Of a stretch of 64,000 nt of DNA, positions 1 to 10,742 are shown piece after piece (the stretch's first letter is position 1; each line of letters starts with the position of its first letter). The notes beneath the pieces are model-generated. The model saw only the letters and a list, made by a program, of their open reading frames with translations. It searched no databases and was not told the DNA's origin. Source of the stretch: an uncultured Chloroflexia bacterium (GTDB taxonomy: Bacteria; Chloroflexota; Anaerolineae; B4-G1; SLSP01); contig CAVVUS010000034.1 in assembly GCA_963751345.1 (NCBI GenBank), forward strand, positions 1 through 64,000. Reading direction: 5' to 3'. Position numbers and translations under genes: made by a program.

Positions 1-1105
1 TTACACTGCCGTCCTGCGGCACATAGAGCGGCTTGTGGAAGAACTGCTTGCGCGCCTGGTGCCGGATGAGGTATTCGACATAGGGCACGGTGCTTGGCGA
101 TTGCGCACCGGCGACGTGCAACGCCGCAAGCAGCGAATGCCCGTGGGCAATGACCGGTACCTCGAAGGCCGAAGCCAGGTTGCAGATCTTGACCAGTTCG
201 GTGATCCCGCCCGTCCAATCCGGGTCAGTCTGGATGACGTTGACCGCCCCGGCCACGAGCAGCTCCTTGACCTGCCAGCGCGTGTAGACGTGCTCGCCGG
301 TCGCCAGCGGCACCCCGGCAGCCTGGCTGAGCTTTCGGAAGGCACCCACCCGCTCCGGGGGAATGGGCTCCTCCAACCACCTGACGTTGTAGGATTCCAG
401 CGCTCGCACCATCTCGGAGGCATAGCTGAGATCCCATCCCATATAGGCGTCGAACATCAGCGGGTAGAAGGGACCCACCGCGTCGCGCAGTGATTGCACC
501 AACGCCAAGTTTCGCAGCTTGCCCGCCTCTCCATCACCCGGGCCATAGCGGAAAAACCACTTTTGCGCGGAGAAGCCCTGATCCTTGAAATCCACCGCGA
601 CCTCGGCGGCGATCTCGGGGTCGATGGCATAACCTAGCATGCTTGCGTAGGCAGGCACACTGGGCCGCGTGGGCCCACCAAGCAGCCGGTAGACCGGCTG
701 GTTCCAGGCCTTACCCTTGAGGTCCCAGAGCGCACAGTCGATAGGGCTAAGTCCCGTCATGAAGATGCCGGACCGCCCGTGGCGATGGAGCCGGAGCATC
801 TGATCGTGAAGCAGCTCCGTCGCCAGTGGGTCGCGACCGATCAGGTACGAGCGCAGGAACGTGCGGATGACATCGGCCTGATAACTGTCGATCGGGCCGA
901 AGAGACCGGAGATCCCCTCATCCGTCTGGATCTCGACGTAGATCTCGCTGACCGGCTGTGGCCCTCCCGGTCCGGCGGACCAGCTGCGGGCGTTAAACTC
1001 GGGGTAGATGTCGACAGCCTGAGACTGCCGGTTGCCGGGCAGAAAATCCGGGCTTTCCCAAGTCCCGTGCACTTTGAACAGCACAACATCCGTTATCTTC
1101 ATCAT
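1..1105 (-). CDS. Mandelate racemase/muconate lactonizing (enolase superfamily) enzyme, rhamnonate-dehydratase-like; 3' end truncated by window edge
   Basis: Not in the ORF track because it has no stop in the window. Manual translation from ATG at 1105 (RBS GGAG): MMKITDVVLFKV...IDCALWDLKGKAWNQPVYRLLGG...KWFF...LMFDAYMGW...WLEEP...ATGEH...TGGITE...HGH. Confidence 0.85.
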   Translation of the reverse strand, partial: MMKITDVVLFKVHGTWESPDFLPGNRQSQAVDIYPEFNARSWSAGPGGPQPVSEIYVEIQTDEGISGLFGPIDSYQADVIRTFLRSYLIGRDPLATELLHDQMLRLHRHGRSGIFMTGLSPIDCALWDLKGKAWNQPVYRLLGGPTRPSVPAYASMLGYAIDPEIAAEVAVDFKDQGFSAQKWFFRYGPGDGEAGKLRNLALVQSLRDAVGPFYPLMFDAYMGWDLSYASEMVRALESYNVRWLEEPIPPERVGAFRKLSQAAGVPLATGEHVYTRWQVKELLVAGAVNVIQTDPDWTGGITELVKICNLASAFEVPVIAHGHSLLAALHVAGAQSPSTVPYVEYLIRHQARKQFFHKPLYVPQDGSV

Positions 1106-1129
1106 AGCTCCTTGAGTGGCGTCCGCCTC

Positions 1130-2350
1130 TCAGACCGAGACGGCCTCAGCGCGCATGTCCAGCATATAGATCTTGCGCTCCCCATCATGGATCGTGTCCA
1201 CCGTTAGAAACCGACCATCGGCCGACCAGCGGGGATGCAGGTCGCAACGCACGTCGCCGGTGGCGCCGGGCGTCTTGTGGGCAAACCGGCCAAGCTCGAC
1301 GAGCTCACCAGTTGTCACATCTACGAGCGCGAGATGCTGAATGCCATCCGTGTTGGGATACGTGTCCGCGACCATCCAACGCCCATCGGGCGAGAAGTTG
1401 AGATGCCCGGCGGGGCCCATACCTGGCGAGATCCGGTGCGCCTGAAGTGGGTGCCGTGTCTCATCGAAGACCACATACTCGTGCCCCCGCCCACACCAGT
1501 CTGCATCGACGAGGATTTCGCCGGGGGTACGGCCCCAGATCTGGTGCGAGATCGCTCCCCCTCGCCAGTGTAGGTCGGAGAGACTGCACCGCAAGTCACT
1601 GCCGTCAAGCCTCATCGTGTACATGAACGTCCGCCAGGGCGACGGCGGATCCATCTGCGGTGCATACCGAAAGAGAACCATCACACGGCTCGCATCGCGG
1701 TTGAAGATCGCGTGGTTCAGCCACATATAGACGCTGCCCGGCTTCTGAGCCGCCAGGTCATAGGGCAAGGGATGACAGGCGATCAACTGCCTATAGCTGG
1801 CGATGAGCTTGGGTCTGCCCGTATGCAGGTCCACGAGAAAGAGGCCATCGCCATCCATATCGGGGTCGGGCGCCTCTCGCGGCAGCGCCGCCAGGGCATA
1901 TGAATACCCCCGGCGCGGAATACGGCTGAAGTTCAGGGTAACGCCCCACCTCGCATCTACAGAGGTCGTATAGAGAGGCACGTCGAGACTGCCGGTTATG
2001 CCTCGGTCGAGGTTGTAGATCCGCGTGATAGGGCGCCAGCCGTGCGCCTCCCGGACAAAGTCATTGAAGACAAAGGTCCGAGGCTCGTGCGCCAGCCAGA
2101 GCGTCATGGCGCCCTGTTGATGGCACCAGGCAAGCGTCTCCGCCACCTTGTGAAAGACACGCGTCTCTCGATCCACGTATCCGACGTCGGCGCTCTCGTT
2201 GGGCTCGGGCAGACGCTCCTGTTGGGGGATGCGCAGCGCCAGATGGTAACGGTTTCCGGCATCCCACGGACAGCGGTCATAGTAACCAAAGGTGAAATGG
2301 CCGGGCTCAGGCGTCAGATTCACCCAATCGAACTCCGACGATATCTCCAT
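1130..2350 (-). CDS. Oligogalacturonate lyase-like / TolB-like beta-propeller protein
   Basis: 406 aa; HFTFGYYDRCPW N-terminus, AWCHQQG, repeated H..FSPDG/HPRWSADG propeller motifs; RBS GGAGG upstream. Confidence 0.6.
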   Translation of the reverse strand: MEISSEFDWVNLTPEPGHFTFGYYDRCPWDAGNRYHLALRIPQQERLPEPNESADVGYVDRETRVFHKVAETLAWCHQQGAMTLWLAHEPRTFVFNDFVREAHGWRPITRIYNLDRGITGSLDVPLYTTSVDARWGVTLNFSRIPRRGYSYALAALPREAPDPDMDGDGLFLVDLHTGRPKLIASYRQLIACHPLPYDLAAQKPGSVYMWLNHAIFNRDASRVMVLFRYAPQMDPPSPWRTFMYTMRLDGSDLRCSLSDLHWRGGAISHQIWGRTPGEILVDADWCGRGHEYVVFDETRHPLQAHRISPGMGPAGHLNFSPDGRWMVADTYPNTDGIQHLALVDVTTGELVELGRFAHKTPGATGDVRCDLHPRWSADGRFLTVDTIHDGERKIYMLDMRAEAVSV

Positions 2351-2417
2351 TCAGGCTACCTCCTCTCAGGATTCTACTACCGGTTAGGTGGCACCACAAA
2401 GTAAGCCCGGCACAAGG

Positions 2418-2446
2418 TTGACAAGTCCGGCTCGCGGCGGTACAAC
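2418..2446 (+). promoter_or_regulatory. Sigma70-type promoter for the cytidylate kinase-like gene
   Basis: TTGACA-17 bp-TACAAC, ~115 bp upstream of ATG 2561. Confidence 0.55.
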
Positions 2447-2560
2447 ATCAACCATATAGCAGAGCACGATGCCCCTCCACATCGAGAGAACCGAAACGCT
2501 TGACGGCATTGCAGACTTTAGCACGAGAACGCAGCAATCAGAGCAAATTGGAGGCGAAGT

Positions 2561-3238
2561 ATGGCTGTCATCACGATATCGCGGGAACTGGGTAGTCTGG
2601 GCGACGTCATCTGCGATCTACTCTGCGAGGAGCTGGGGTACTGTCGCGTCGACAAGACCCTGCTTCTGCAGCTTGCAGAGGAGGCCGGCATCGACGTTGA
2701 GGCTATGTCGGAGTTGGAGAGCAGTTTCACCAAACGGTCACGTCTGGTCAGCGGCGAGATGACGTCGCTCTACCGTAAGCAGGCATCGGCCTTTGACAGG
2801 AAGGGTGTGATCGACGATGTCACCTATGCCGGCGTCCTCAAAGAAGCCATGGAACGGTACGCCCGTGAGGGGAACGCGGTCTTGGTCGGGCGGGGCAGCC
2901 AAATGGTCCTGCGCGATTGGCCCGGCGCCCTTCACGTGAGACTCTATGCCCCAGAAGAAGTACGGACGCAGAGGCTGATGGCTCGCGAGGGCATCTCTGA
3001 GGCTGAAGCCGCGCGTCAGATCGAACAGTCAGACGAGCAGAAACGTCAGTATATCCGCCGAATGCACAACAACGCCGATTGGCGCAACCTCAAGTACTAC
3101 AGCCTCGCCATCGACACGTCAAACATCGGGCCCGAGGTCGCAGCGAAGTTGATTGCCATGGCGGCGCGAGCAAAGGACGAGGAGGTCGCACTGACCGGCG
3201 TGCCACGCGTGGATCGCGATATAAGGAGATGCGCCTGA
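2561..3238 (+). CDS. Cytidylate kinase-like family protein (P-loop)
   Basis: VITISRELGSLG, VLVGRGSQ..L, HVRLYAP, YSLAIDTS motifs; GGAGG RBS. Confidence 0.85.
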   Translation: MAVITISRELGSLGDVICDLLCEELGYCRVDKTLLLQLAEEAGIDVEAMSELESSFTKRSRLVSGEMTSLYRKQASAFDRKGVIDDVTYAGVLKEAMERYAREGNAVLVGRGSQMVLRDWPGALHVRLYAPEEVRTQRLMAREGISEAEAARQIEQSDEQKRQYIRRMHNNADWRNLKYYSLAIDTSNIGPEVAAKLIAMAARAKDEEVALTGVPRVDRDIRRCA

Positions 3239-3253
3239 GGCGATCCTGTCACC

Positions 3254-3289
3254 AAGTGCCGGGGACTTTTCGAAGAGTCCCCGGCACTT
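3254..3289. terminator. Palindromic hairpin between convergent genes (bidirectional terminator / REP-like)
   Basis: AAGTGCCGGGGACT-tttcgaag-AGTCCCCGGCACTT, 14-bp perfect arms. Confidence 0.65.
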
Positions 3290-3298
3290 TCGTTTCAG

Positions 3299-6200
3299 CT
3301 AAGCTTCCAGGGCGCGCATCATCTCCAGAGCCCCCTCGTGACCGGGTTCCTGAGCTAACACCTGAGCAAAGGTCTCCGCCGCAGCGGCCTTGTCACCCAG
3401 CCCAAGCTGCGCCAGCCCGATCTCGTAGGTCAGATGGACGCGCCGCCGCGTCTCCATATCCGCCTCCGCGAAGACGAACTCCGGCACGGAGGTCGCGAAG
3501 CCTCGCTCGGCTTGCGACGCCAGCCGTTCCTGAGCGGTCTTCAGCATCGTCTGCAGTTTCTCCTCGGCCTCCGCGGCCCGACCCATTGCGCGGAGGGCCA
3601 GCGCCTGATAGTAGGAGGTCTCGGCCGCGTGGAACCAACTCCTGGCCTTCAGCGCCTCGTTGAAGCTCTCGAGCGCACCCTCCTCATCGCCCAGGGCCCG
3701 TTTGGCCAGTCCTGTGTAGTAGCTGACATCGGCATCCGGCTGCAGCGAGCGTCTGCGCTCGCCCAGGTTTGGCGGGCAGGGCGCCTGGGCAGTCTCGAGA
3801 TGCGTTAGTGCGATCTCCGGCTTGCCGGCATCCAGCGCCTCACGGGCCAACCGGACATAGGCTTTCACGTACTGCTGCGAGATCCTGCCTGTGCCACCCT
3901 CCCAGGGATGGAAGCGGCGAGACAACATGTAGTCGAGGGCCGCCTGAGGCTTCCCCGTCTCGTTGTAGAGCGTCGCGATCTCTACCGAGAGATCATCTCG
4001 ATCCCGTACCAGCTCCATATGCCCATCGAGCAGCGACAACCGATCCTCGGGGGAGACACCGGTGCGGCTGCGGAGCTGATCCAGCTCAGAGAGCACCCGC
4101 CCGTCGGCAGGGTTCAGCGCGAAAGCACGCTCGTACAGGCGGATGGCCTTCTCCGGGTCGTGCTGGACGTTGTAGGCAGCGATGCCCAGGTTGCGCCAGG
4201 GCGTGGCGAAACTCGGGTCGATCTCCACGCTGCGCTCCCAGTAACCGATCGCGTCCTGATAGCGTCGCTTGTCATAATACAGCGTGCCCAGGTAGTAGGC
4301 GATCCTGGCATCGTTCGGGTCGAGCAACTGCCCGTGCTCCAGGATCAGCATCTCCTCCAGACGGACCGGGAAGCAGTAGTCCGTGGGCATTTGCGACGCC
4401 CGCGCGTAGGTCTCGCGGGCCTCATCCGCCCTGCCCAGCTTGTGAGAGAAGTAGCCCAGGGCGTAAAGCACCAACGGGAATGCGCTGCCATCGTCTGGAT
4501 CGACGAGACGGCGGAGCACGTCGGCAGCTTCCTCCCAGAGTGCCGCGTTGGCGTAGTCGTAGGCCATGTCCAGATGTGCCTGGATCTTCGACAGCGGATC
4601 GGACACGTTCATCAGGTCCACCAGTTCGGCCAACTGGCTTGCCGCGACATCGGGCTCATCCTGCGCCCGGCTGACAAGCACTGCTTCGTTGCGCGACATC
4701 ATGTCCAGCGGATCAAGCTCCACCGTGCCACAGGTCATCCGGGCTGCGTCCTCAAGGCGACCCAGGCGCCGCAGCACAGCCGTCTTGAGATTGCGCGCCT
4801 TCATGTTCATCGTGTTGGTCCGCAGGGAGCGATCGACGTGGTCCAGCGCACGCGCGAAATCGCGTCGCGCGCAATCGATCTCGGCCAGGGCATAGTAGGC
4901 GGGCGCCTGCCAGGCATAGCTCCAGATGGCCTTGTAGAGGGCGCCGTACGCCATGTCCAGATCCCCGGCAATCTTGAGCGTCATTCCCAGATTGTAGTAG
5001 GGCTCGCCGTCGCGTGGGTTCGGATTGCGGCGGGTCAGTTTGTCGATGGCTGCCTGGAAGTGCTTGACTGCGATAGCAAACTGGCCACGGCGCTGGGCCA
5101 CCAGCCCCATCGCGTTGTTACTGCGGACATCGGTCGGGTCCATCGCCAGGGCCGCCTCCCAGTAGGGCTCGGGTTCGATGGTGGGATGGCGGTATTGCTC
5201 AAGGTGAAGCCCGGTGAGATAGAGCTCCTCAATGGAGTCGAATGTCTCCGGCGGCGGCGGTGGCGTCATCGCCTCGGGCAAGGGCGGCTCCTCGATGGCC
5301 TGAGGCGCGTAGCGGATCACTTCGTTGCCCCTGTCGTCGCAGAGGCGGAGCAGCAAGTCGGTCTCGGCAAGAGACTCGGACAGCGCGAGTTCCGCGACAA
5401 ACGGCTCGCCCGGCTTCAGATCCTGCGTCTCCTCCAGCAGCGTCTGGGTCCTTGCCGTGAGCGTCACGGTCGCGCCGGGCAGCACCTCGGTGACGGCTAC
5501 CCCGACTTTCGCCACGCCACCGGTCACCTCGAGGTTGACGGCAGCCCGACGGTTGGCGTTCTTGGCAGGCCCGATCTTCTGCACCGGATACCAGAACTGG
5601 CTGAAGGTCTTGGTCTCGTAGGGCTGCAGCCAGGAGAAGTCGGGCTGGTTGTCGGTGTAGACGCCGGCCATCAGCTCGATGTAGGGGCCGTCCTCATCGG
5701 TGAGGTTAGCCTCCCAACCCTTGGCGAACTCCCCCGCGCCCCAGGTAAACATCTTCTTGCCCGGCGCGATGTAGCGATTCGCCACGTGGATGATGCCCGC
5801 GTCGGCCCGGTGATCGTAGCCACCGAAGTAATCGTAGTTCGTGTCCCAGACGAAGTAGGATGTCGAGTTGGGCACGTTCTTGTACCAACTGATGTCGGTG
5901 CCCTGGCCATCCTTGTCGTAGTCGACGCCGTAGTAGGTGCCCTTCGCAATCGGGAAATGCGACATCGAGCGCTTGGAGTGATCGGTGACGACGGTGACGT
6001 CAGGAGGGAAGACCGCCTGGTAGTCGTCGTGGACGTGAACGCCCACATTGACCCACCAGAGGAAGGTCTGCGCCTCGGGCGTGCGATTGTAGAGCTGCAC
6101 CTTCATCTCGTAGAAGGCCTTGCCCGGATAGAGACAGATGCCCACCATCCCCTTCATGCGCTGCAGCGGGTCGTGCTCGCTGAACCAGGCGGTGACGCTG

Positions 6201-6631
6201 CCGTCGGGGGCCTCCTCGATCAGATGATAGGTGGGCATGAAGGTCGAGGGGCGGTGGTGCTGCGGCCAGTTGTACTCGACGCCGCCGGAGATCCACGAGC
6301 CGAAGAGCCCGATGAGCGCCGGCTTGACGACGTGCTGCCGGTAGATGAAGTTGTAGCCGGTCGTCTTGTCCAGGCCTTCGTGGATGCGCCCGCCGATCTG
6401 GGGCAGCATCATCAGGCGGATGTATTCGTTCTCCAGGTAGACGGCGGTGTAGTCCTTTGGCTCGCTCTCGCTGGAGAGCTTGTCGAGAAACGGATTGGGA
6501 TAGACACGTCCGGAAGTGCCCTGATTCACCCGCTTCTCCAGGAACATCGGGTTCAGGTCGGGCGCAGGCGGGGTGTACGTCGGAAAGGTGACGGTTTCTT
6601 CCCATGCTTTGACACCAGATTTGGCGCTCAT
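3299..6631 (-). CDS. DUF5107 domain + tetratricopeptide repeat protein
   Basis: 1110 aa; NPMFLEKRVNQGTSGRVYP, LENEY...P.IGGRI, VVKPALIGL.G.WISGGVEYNWPQHHRP N-terminal domain, followed by many TPR-like helical repeats. Confidence 0.85.
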   Translation of the reverse strand: MSAKSGVKAWEETVTFPTYTPPAPDLNPMFLEKRVNQGTSGRVYPNPFLDKLSSESEPKDYTAVYLENEYIRLMMLPQIGGRIHEGLDKTTGYNFIYRQHVVKPALIGLFGSWISGGVEYNWPQHHRPSTFMPTYHLIEEAPDGSVTAWFSEHDPLQRMKGMVGICLYPGKAFYEMKVQLYNRTPEAQTFLWWVNVGVHVHDDYQAVFPPDVTVVTDHSKRSMSHFPIAKGTYYGVDYDKDGQGTDISWYKNVPNSTSYFVWDTNYDYFGGYDHRADAGIIHVANRYIAPGKKMFTWGAGEFAKGWEANLTDEDGPYIELMAGVYTDNQPDFSWLQPYETKTFSQFWYPVQKIGPAKNANRRAAVNLEVTGGVAKVGVAVTEVLPGATVTLTARTQTLLEETQDLKPGEPFVAELALSESLAETDLLLRLCDDRGNEVIRYAPQAIEEPPLPEAMTPPPPPETFDSIEELYLTGLHLEQYRHPTIEPEPYWEAALAMDPTDVRSNNAMGLVAQRRGQFAIAVKHFQAAIDKLTRRNPNPRDGEPYYNLGMTLKIAGDLDMAYGALYKAIWSYAWQAPAYYALAEIDCARRDFARALDHVDRSLRTNTMNMKARNLKTAVLRRLGRLEDAARMTCGTVELDPLDMMSRNEAVLVSRAQDEPDVAASQLAELVDLMNVSDPLSKIQAHLDMAYDYANAALWEEAADVLRRLVDPDDGSAFPLVLYALGYFSHKLGRADEARETYARASQMPTDYCFPVRLEEMLILEHGQLLDPNDARIAYYLGTLYYDKRRYQDAIGYWERSVEIDPSFATPWRNLGIAAYNVQHDPEKAIRLYERAFALNPADGRVLSELDQLRSRTGVSPEDRLSLLDGHMELVRDRDDLSVEIATLYNETGKPQAALDYMLSRRFHPWEGGTGRISQQYVKAYVRLAREALDAGKPEIALTHLETAQAPCPPNLGERRRSLQPDADVSYYTGLAKRALGDEEGALESFNEALKARSWFHAAETSYYQALALRAMGRAAEAEEKLQTMLKTAQERLASQAERGFATSVPEFVFAEADMETRRRVHLTYEIGLAQLGLGDKAAAAETFAQVLAQEPGHEGALEMMRALEA

Positions 6632-6696
6632 ACTTAGCTCCTGTTCAGGTCAGTCGAACTGAAACTCACCAGTTTGCTCGTACGTTACACAGAACT

Positions 6697-7247
6697 TCAC
6701 CCGCCGCGCTCCTTCATGGGTCCGGGATGCTGATCCCCACGCCCATCCACGTAGACGGCGACCCACTGCGCCAGACGCTTGCCCAGACGACGCCCGGCCT
6801 CGATCTCGGCGTCCTCGCGGGGCCGGCCCGCCGTGACGGCGCCGTAGTGGAGCGTGAACTGGTGGCCCGTGTAATCGGTGACGCCGAACGTAAGCATCCC
6901 CACATTCATCATCATGATAAGGATCGACATGCACGTCAGCTCCGCGCCGCCGCCCCAACCCCCAGAGGTAGAGAAGGCACAGCCGATCTTGCCGTCTAGC
7001 CTGCCCCAGGTGGGATGTGAGAGCTCATCCCAGTACTTCTTCATCTTCCAGGATGCCAGGCCGACGTATAGGTCGGCGATCCACACGCGATCCCATCGGC
7101 CCAAACTGCATCGTCCATGGTGGCATCGTCGACGTGGAGCATGCGCACGTCCATGCCGGAGATCTGCCGCGCCCCTTCTGCCACATAGTCCGCCATCGTC
7201 GAGGTGTTGCCGGTCACGCTGTCGTAGAGAATGAGGATGTTGGGCAT
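6697..7247 (-). CDS. Flavodoxin / WrbA-like NAD(P)H-dependent flavoprotein (frameshift ~7070)
   Basis: YDSVTGNT FMN loop and GSPTY in ORF 7041-7247 continue as ...LDGKIGCAFSTSGGWGGGAE in ORF 6697-7104. Confidence 0.8.
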
Positions 7248-7331
7248 ACGGAATCCTTAGAGTGAGAAGGCCGTTGAACAGCTAACGAGTGACGAGTAAC
7301 GGGTGAGGACCTACACCCCATACAATGCAGG

Positions 7332-7655
7332 TTACCCGTTACTACTCATCACGTACCACGCCGACACGAGCGGGTCGTCGACGGAGCTTCGCGTGTGGTG
7401 GTCCTCGCCCGGTTCAACGATCACGACGTCACCGGTCTTGACCGGGTAATCAACGCCGTCGATGGGGATCACGCCCTGGCCCTGGATGAAGATAAAGACC
7501 TCTGCGGTGTCGTGAACGTGGACGGCCTCGGGATGCGCCGTCTCTCCCGGCTTGAAGACGTAGATGCCGCCGTGGCTGATGTCGGCGTCGCCCAGATCGG
7601 CGGGCATCAGACGGGAGGTGCCGGGCTTCAGGTCGGTGATTCGCATTCGCTTCAT
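7332..7655 (-). CDS. Cupin domain protein
   Basis: HVHDTAEVFIFIQGQG and GDVVIVEPGEDH cupin motifs. Confidence 0.85.
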   Translation of the reverse strand: MKRMRITDLKPGTSRLMPADLGDADISHGGIYVFKPGETAHPEAVHVHDTAEVFIFIQGQGVIPIDGVDYPVKTGDVVIVEPGEDHHTRSSVDDPLVSAWYVMSSNG

Positions 7656-7705
7656 CTGACTGGCTCCTTGTGATGTGAGATGTCTGGCCCCGAAGCTGCT
7701 CGGGA

Positions 7706-8873
7706 TCAGACGCAGAGGTCTCCCTCTATTCCGGAGACCGCGTTAGGAGTGTGCGCTAGAGCAAGCGGCTTGGCTTGATCCCAGATGGCAGGGTCGTACT
7801 CGACCCCCAGGCCGGGTCCATCGGGAACGGCGACCGCGCCGTCTAGAATCTCGAACGCCGGCGCGTACCAGGGCTCCGGGGATGACGCCCGGGCGCTCCA
7901 CTCCTGGTGGGGTCCGAGGTTGGGTGCCAGCGAGCCAAAGTGAAGCACGGCAGCCGCCTCAGGCCCGCTCTTTGGGCTGTGGGGCATGATCGGCATGCCG
8001 ACCTCGGCTGCCATCTCCGCGACGCGCAAGCATCGAATGAGCCCCCCGTTGTAGTTCATATCGGGCTGCACGATGTCCACCACCCGATCGTGGATCATCC
8101 AGGCAAAGGCCGACAAGCTGGAATCCTGCTCACCGCCCGCCACCGGCAGCGCTAGGGCATCGGCGACCCGCTGGGTCTCCCAATAGTCCTGCCAGGGACA
8201 GGGCTCCTCCAGAAAGGCGACACCGAAGTCCGCCAACAATCGCACCGACCTCGATGGCGTGAGGCGCATCGTACGACCCGTTGGCGTCGACATAGATGGC
8301 GATATCGTCTCCGAAGGTCTTGCGGGCGAGCGGGATCAGGCGGTCGGTGCGACCTGGGGAGGCATCGGCGTTGCGGCTCATCCGTCCACCGATCTTGAGC
8401 TTGACCGCGGTCGCGTGGGTCTCGGCCAGACGCTCGCTCAACCAGGCGACCTCCTCCTCGGGTGTCGTGTCACGGTTGCCGCTGGAAAGGTAGATCGGGA
8501 TCCGGCGCCGCCCTACGGTGCCCAGGAGTTCACCGGCAGAGCGATTGGCCAGTTTTCCCAGCATATCCAGCAGGCTCAGCTCGACATAGGCGACGGGACA
8601 CCACAGAGCGATCCCCGCGAGCTTGTAGGCGCTGCGATAGGTATAGACATCATCAACGAGGCTGGGAAGGTCACGGATATCCTTCCCGATGAAGGTGGGC
8701 AGCACGAAACGCTCGAGGATGGGCCAAAGGTAATCCAACCGATCGTTGACCGTGGCGACACCGGTGACACCGTTCTCCGCCGTGGTTCGGACGAGCCTTC
8801 GCCCTCTGAACAGAAACGGTTCGACGGATGCAAGCATGACAGGGTCTGGAAAGACCTCGTGGAAGTCCCGCAT
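7706..8873 (-). CDS. Mandelate racemase/muconate lactonizing enzyme family protein (frameshift ~8240)
   Basis: ELSLLDMLGK, AVKLKIGG, VDANGSY in ORF 8130-9146; FLEEPCP, GGEQD, QPD..YNGG, PGLGVE in ORF 7706-8293; ATG at 8873. Confidence 0.8.
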
Positions 8874-8988
8874 AGGGCAGCCCCTTCGTATGCTAACGAC
8901 AGGGTGAATGACGCCGGGACCTCCGGCGCCATTCACCCAGTCCGGTCCTGTGAACCCCTGCCGGATCGACAGGGCATCTAGCTGAGAC

Positions 8989-9822
8989 TCAGCCGAGGGA
9001 GGTCTTGCTGCGCGTTCGCTGCAGTTCGTTCTCCGGGATGCGCTTGTCGAGAAGGTCGAGTGAGATCTCGACGGACTCACGCGCTTCGGCCGGTGTGGTC
9101 GTGCCGATGGTAACCATATCGCAGTCACGAATGGTGCTCCAGACAAACGAGAGCCCTACGACGGGAAGAAGTCGTCCCGCCGCCAATGGCTTGATGGTCA
9201 TCACGGGCTTCTTGGCGTTCTGGATGATGCGCATCACCCAGTCGGCCTCGACCTGCAGCAGGAACCCGGCGGCATTGTAGAGCTGGATATAGGTCTCGAC
9301 ATCCGCACCGGTAGCGTCGGCGTAGACAACCGACTCGGGCATGTGGGTCGAGAGGCCGGGGATCATCCCGCGGTCGCGAATCATCTTGCTGTAGATGTCG
9401 ATGTCGCGGATCTTCATGTGCATCCGATCGACCAGGGCATCGGTGACCGATTGGTGAGGCATGCAGAACGTCGCGTTCATTGCCTTGCACCTATCGAAGA
9501 TGCGCTCCGGCTCTGCCTCCGCCGGGCCGCCGGGCAGGATGTTGAAGCTGGGCGTGATCACGCGGATGATGCTCTGACCGGACCGCTGCTCGGCCTCCTG
9601 GACCGCTTCCTCCAGCTTGTCGGACATCGGCCCCATCACCGCATCCACACCATACTCAAGGAACGTCGTCAGGATCTCGGCGACGCTATCGCGATCCTGA
9701 TACGTGGTGATGAAGTTGTCCTTTGCCTTGCTGGTATGCGAATACCCCAGGAACCAGTTCGATCCAACGATGAGTCGGGGCAGTGAGACGCCACCGACGG
9801 TCGTACGTGGGAATGCTGTCAC
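8989..9822 (-). CDS. Aldo/keto-reductase-like fold hypothetical protein
   Basis: 277 aa; LPRLIVGSNWFLGYSH, PGLSTH, TIKPLAAGRL, VTIGT motifs; GGAGG RBS. Confidence 0.55.
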   Translation of the reverse strand: MTAFPRTTVGGVSLPRLIVGSNWFLGYSHTSKAKDNFITTYQDRDSVAEILTTFLEYGVDAVMGPMSDKLEEAVQEAEQRSGQSIIRVITPSFNILPGGPAEAEPERIFDRCKAMNATFCMPHQSVTDALVDRMHMKIRDIDIYSKMIRDRGMIPGLSTHMPESVVYADATGADVETYIQLYNAAGFLLQVEADWVMRIIQNAKKPVMTIKPLAAGRLLPVVGLSFVWSTIRDCDMVTIGTTTPAEARESVEISLDLLDKRIPENELQRTRSKTSLG

Positions 9823-9933
9823 TGCGAGACCTCCTATGGGAATGTCAACGACGGGAAACTAAGTGACGATTGACGGGTGACCGGACTCCGGATCAATCGT
9901 CATCAATCGCCGGATTGCACGCCACTTCCGATA

Positions 9934-10716
9934 TCAGCCCTGGTCACAGACCTCTTTCGCCTGCGCCAGCGCTGCATAGATGTCGGCTTTGGGCTTGAAT
10001 TCATGGCCGACGTAGAGATTGTACCCCGTTTCAGCGATGGCGCGACAGATGCCGGCGTAGTTCAGTTCCTGAGTGTTGTCGAGGTCACGGCGTCCGGGCA
10101 CACCTGCCGTGTGAAAGTGGCCGATCCAGCGGATGTTGTCCCGGATGGTGCGGATCACGTCGCCCTCCATGATCTGCATATGGTAGATGTCGAAGAGCAC
10201 CTTGACGTTGGGACTGTCGACCTGTTGGCAGACGGCAAAACCCCAGGCGCTGTGATCGCATTGGTAGCCGGGATGGTCGACCTTGGAGTTGAGCAGCTCC
10301 ATGTTGAGGTTGACGCCCTTGGCCTCGGCATAAGGGGCCACGCGGCGAAGGCCGGCCACCGTCGCCGCCATCGCCTCCGCCTCGGTCGCGCCCTCACGGC
10401 GATTGCCGCTAAAGCAGATGACGCCGGGGATGCCGACGTCAGCGGCGATATCGATGGACTCACGAAGCTCTCGCTCGATGCGGTCGTGTTGGGCGGGATC
10501 GTTCAGCCCCACCGGCAGGCTGTCGTGTCCCGACATCGTCGCGATGGCCAGGCCGTGTTTGCGTGCCAGGGCCACCACCTGATCGAAAGACGCGTCCCGC
10601 GTCCAGAGCTCAATCGAGGCGAAGCCCATCTCGGCCACCCTCGCCACAAACGGAGCGAGGGGGACTTCCGCCGGTTTGACCATCGGATAACAGACGGACT
10701 GCTTGATGCGCATCAC
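9934..10716 (-). CDS. Hydroxypyruvate isomerase family TIM-barrel protein
   Basis: ELLNSKVDHPGY, VLFDIYHMQIMEGD, HFHTAGVPGR, VGHEF. Confidence 0.85.
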   Translation of the reverse strand: MMRIKQSVCYPMVKPAEVPLAPFVARVAEMGFASIELWTRDASFDQVVALARKHGLAIATMSGHDSLPVGLNDPAQHDRIERELRESIDIAADVGIPGVICFSGNRREGATEAEAMAATVAGLRRVAPYAEAKGVNLNMELLNSKVDHPGYQCDHSAWGFAVCQQVDSPNVKVLFDIYHMQIMEGDVIRTIRDNIRWIGHFHTAGVPGRRDLDNTQELNYAGICRAIAETGYNLYVGHEFKPKADIYAALAQAKEVCDQG

Positions 10717-10742
10717 TACCTCCTGTAATCCTTACACTCCGG

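Noticed and set aside
3908-6637. 909-aa plus-strand ORF antisense to DUF5107-TPR
   Set aside because: In-register shadow ORF typical of high-GC genes; no motifs. The same applies to the long antisense ORFs at 27038-28489, 46956-48437 and 63010-63867.
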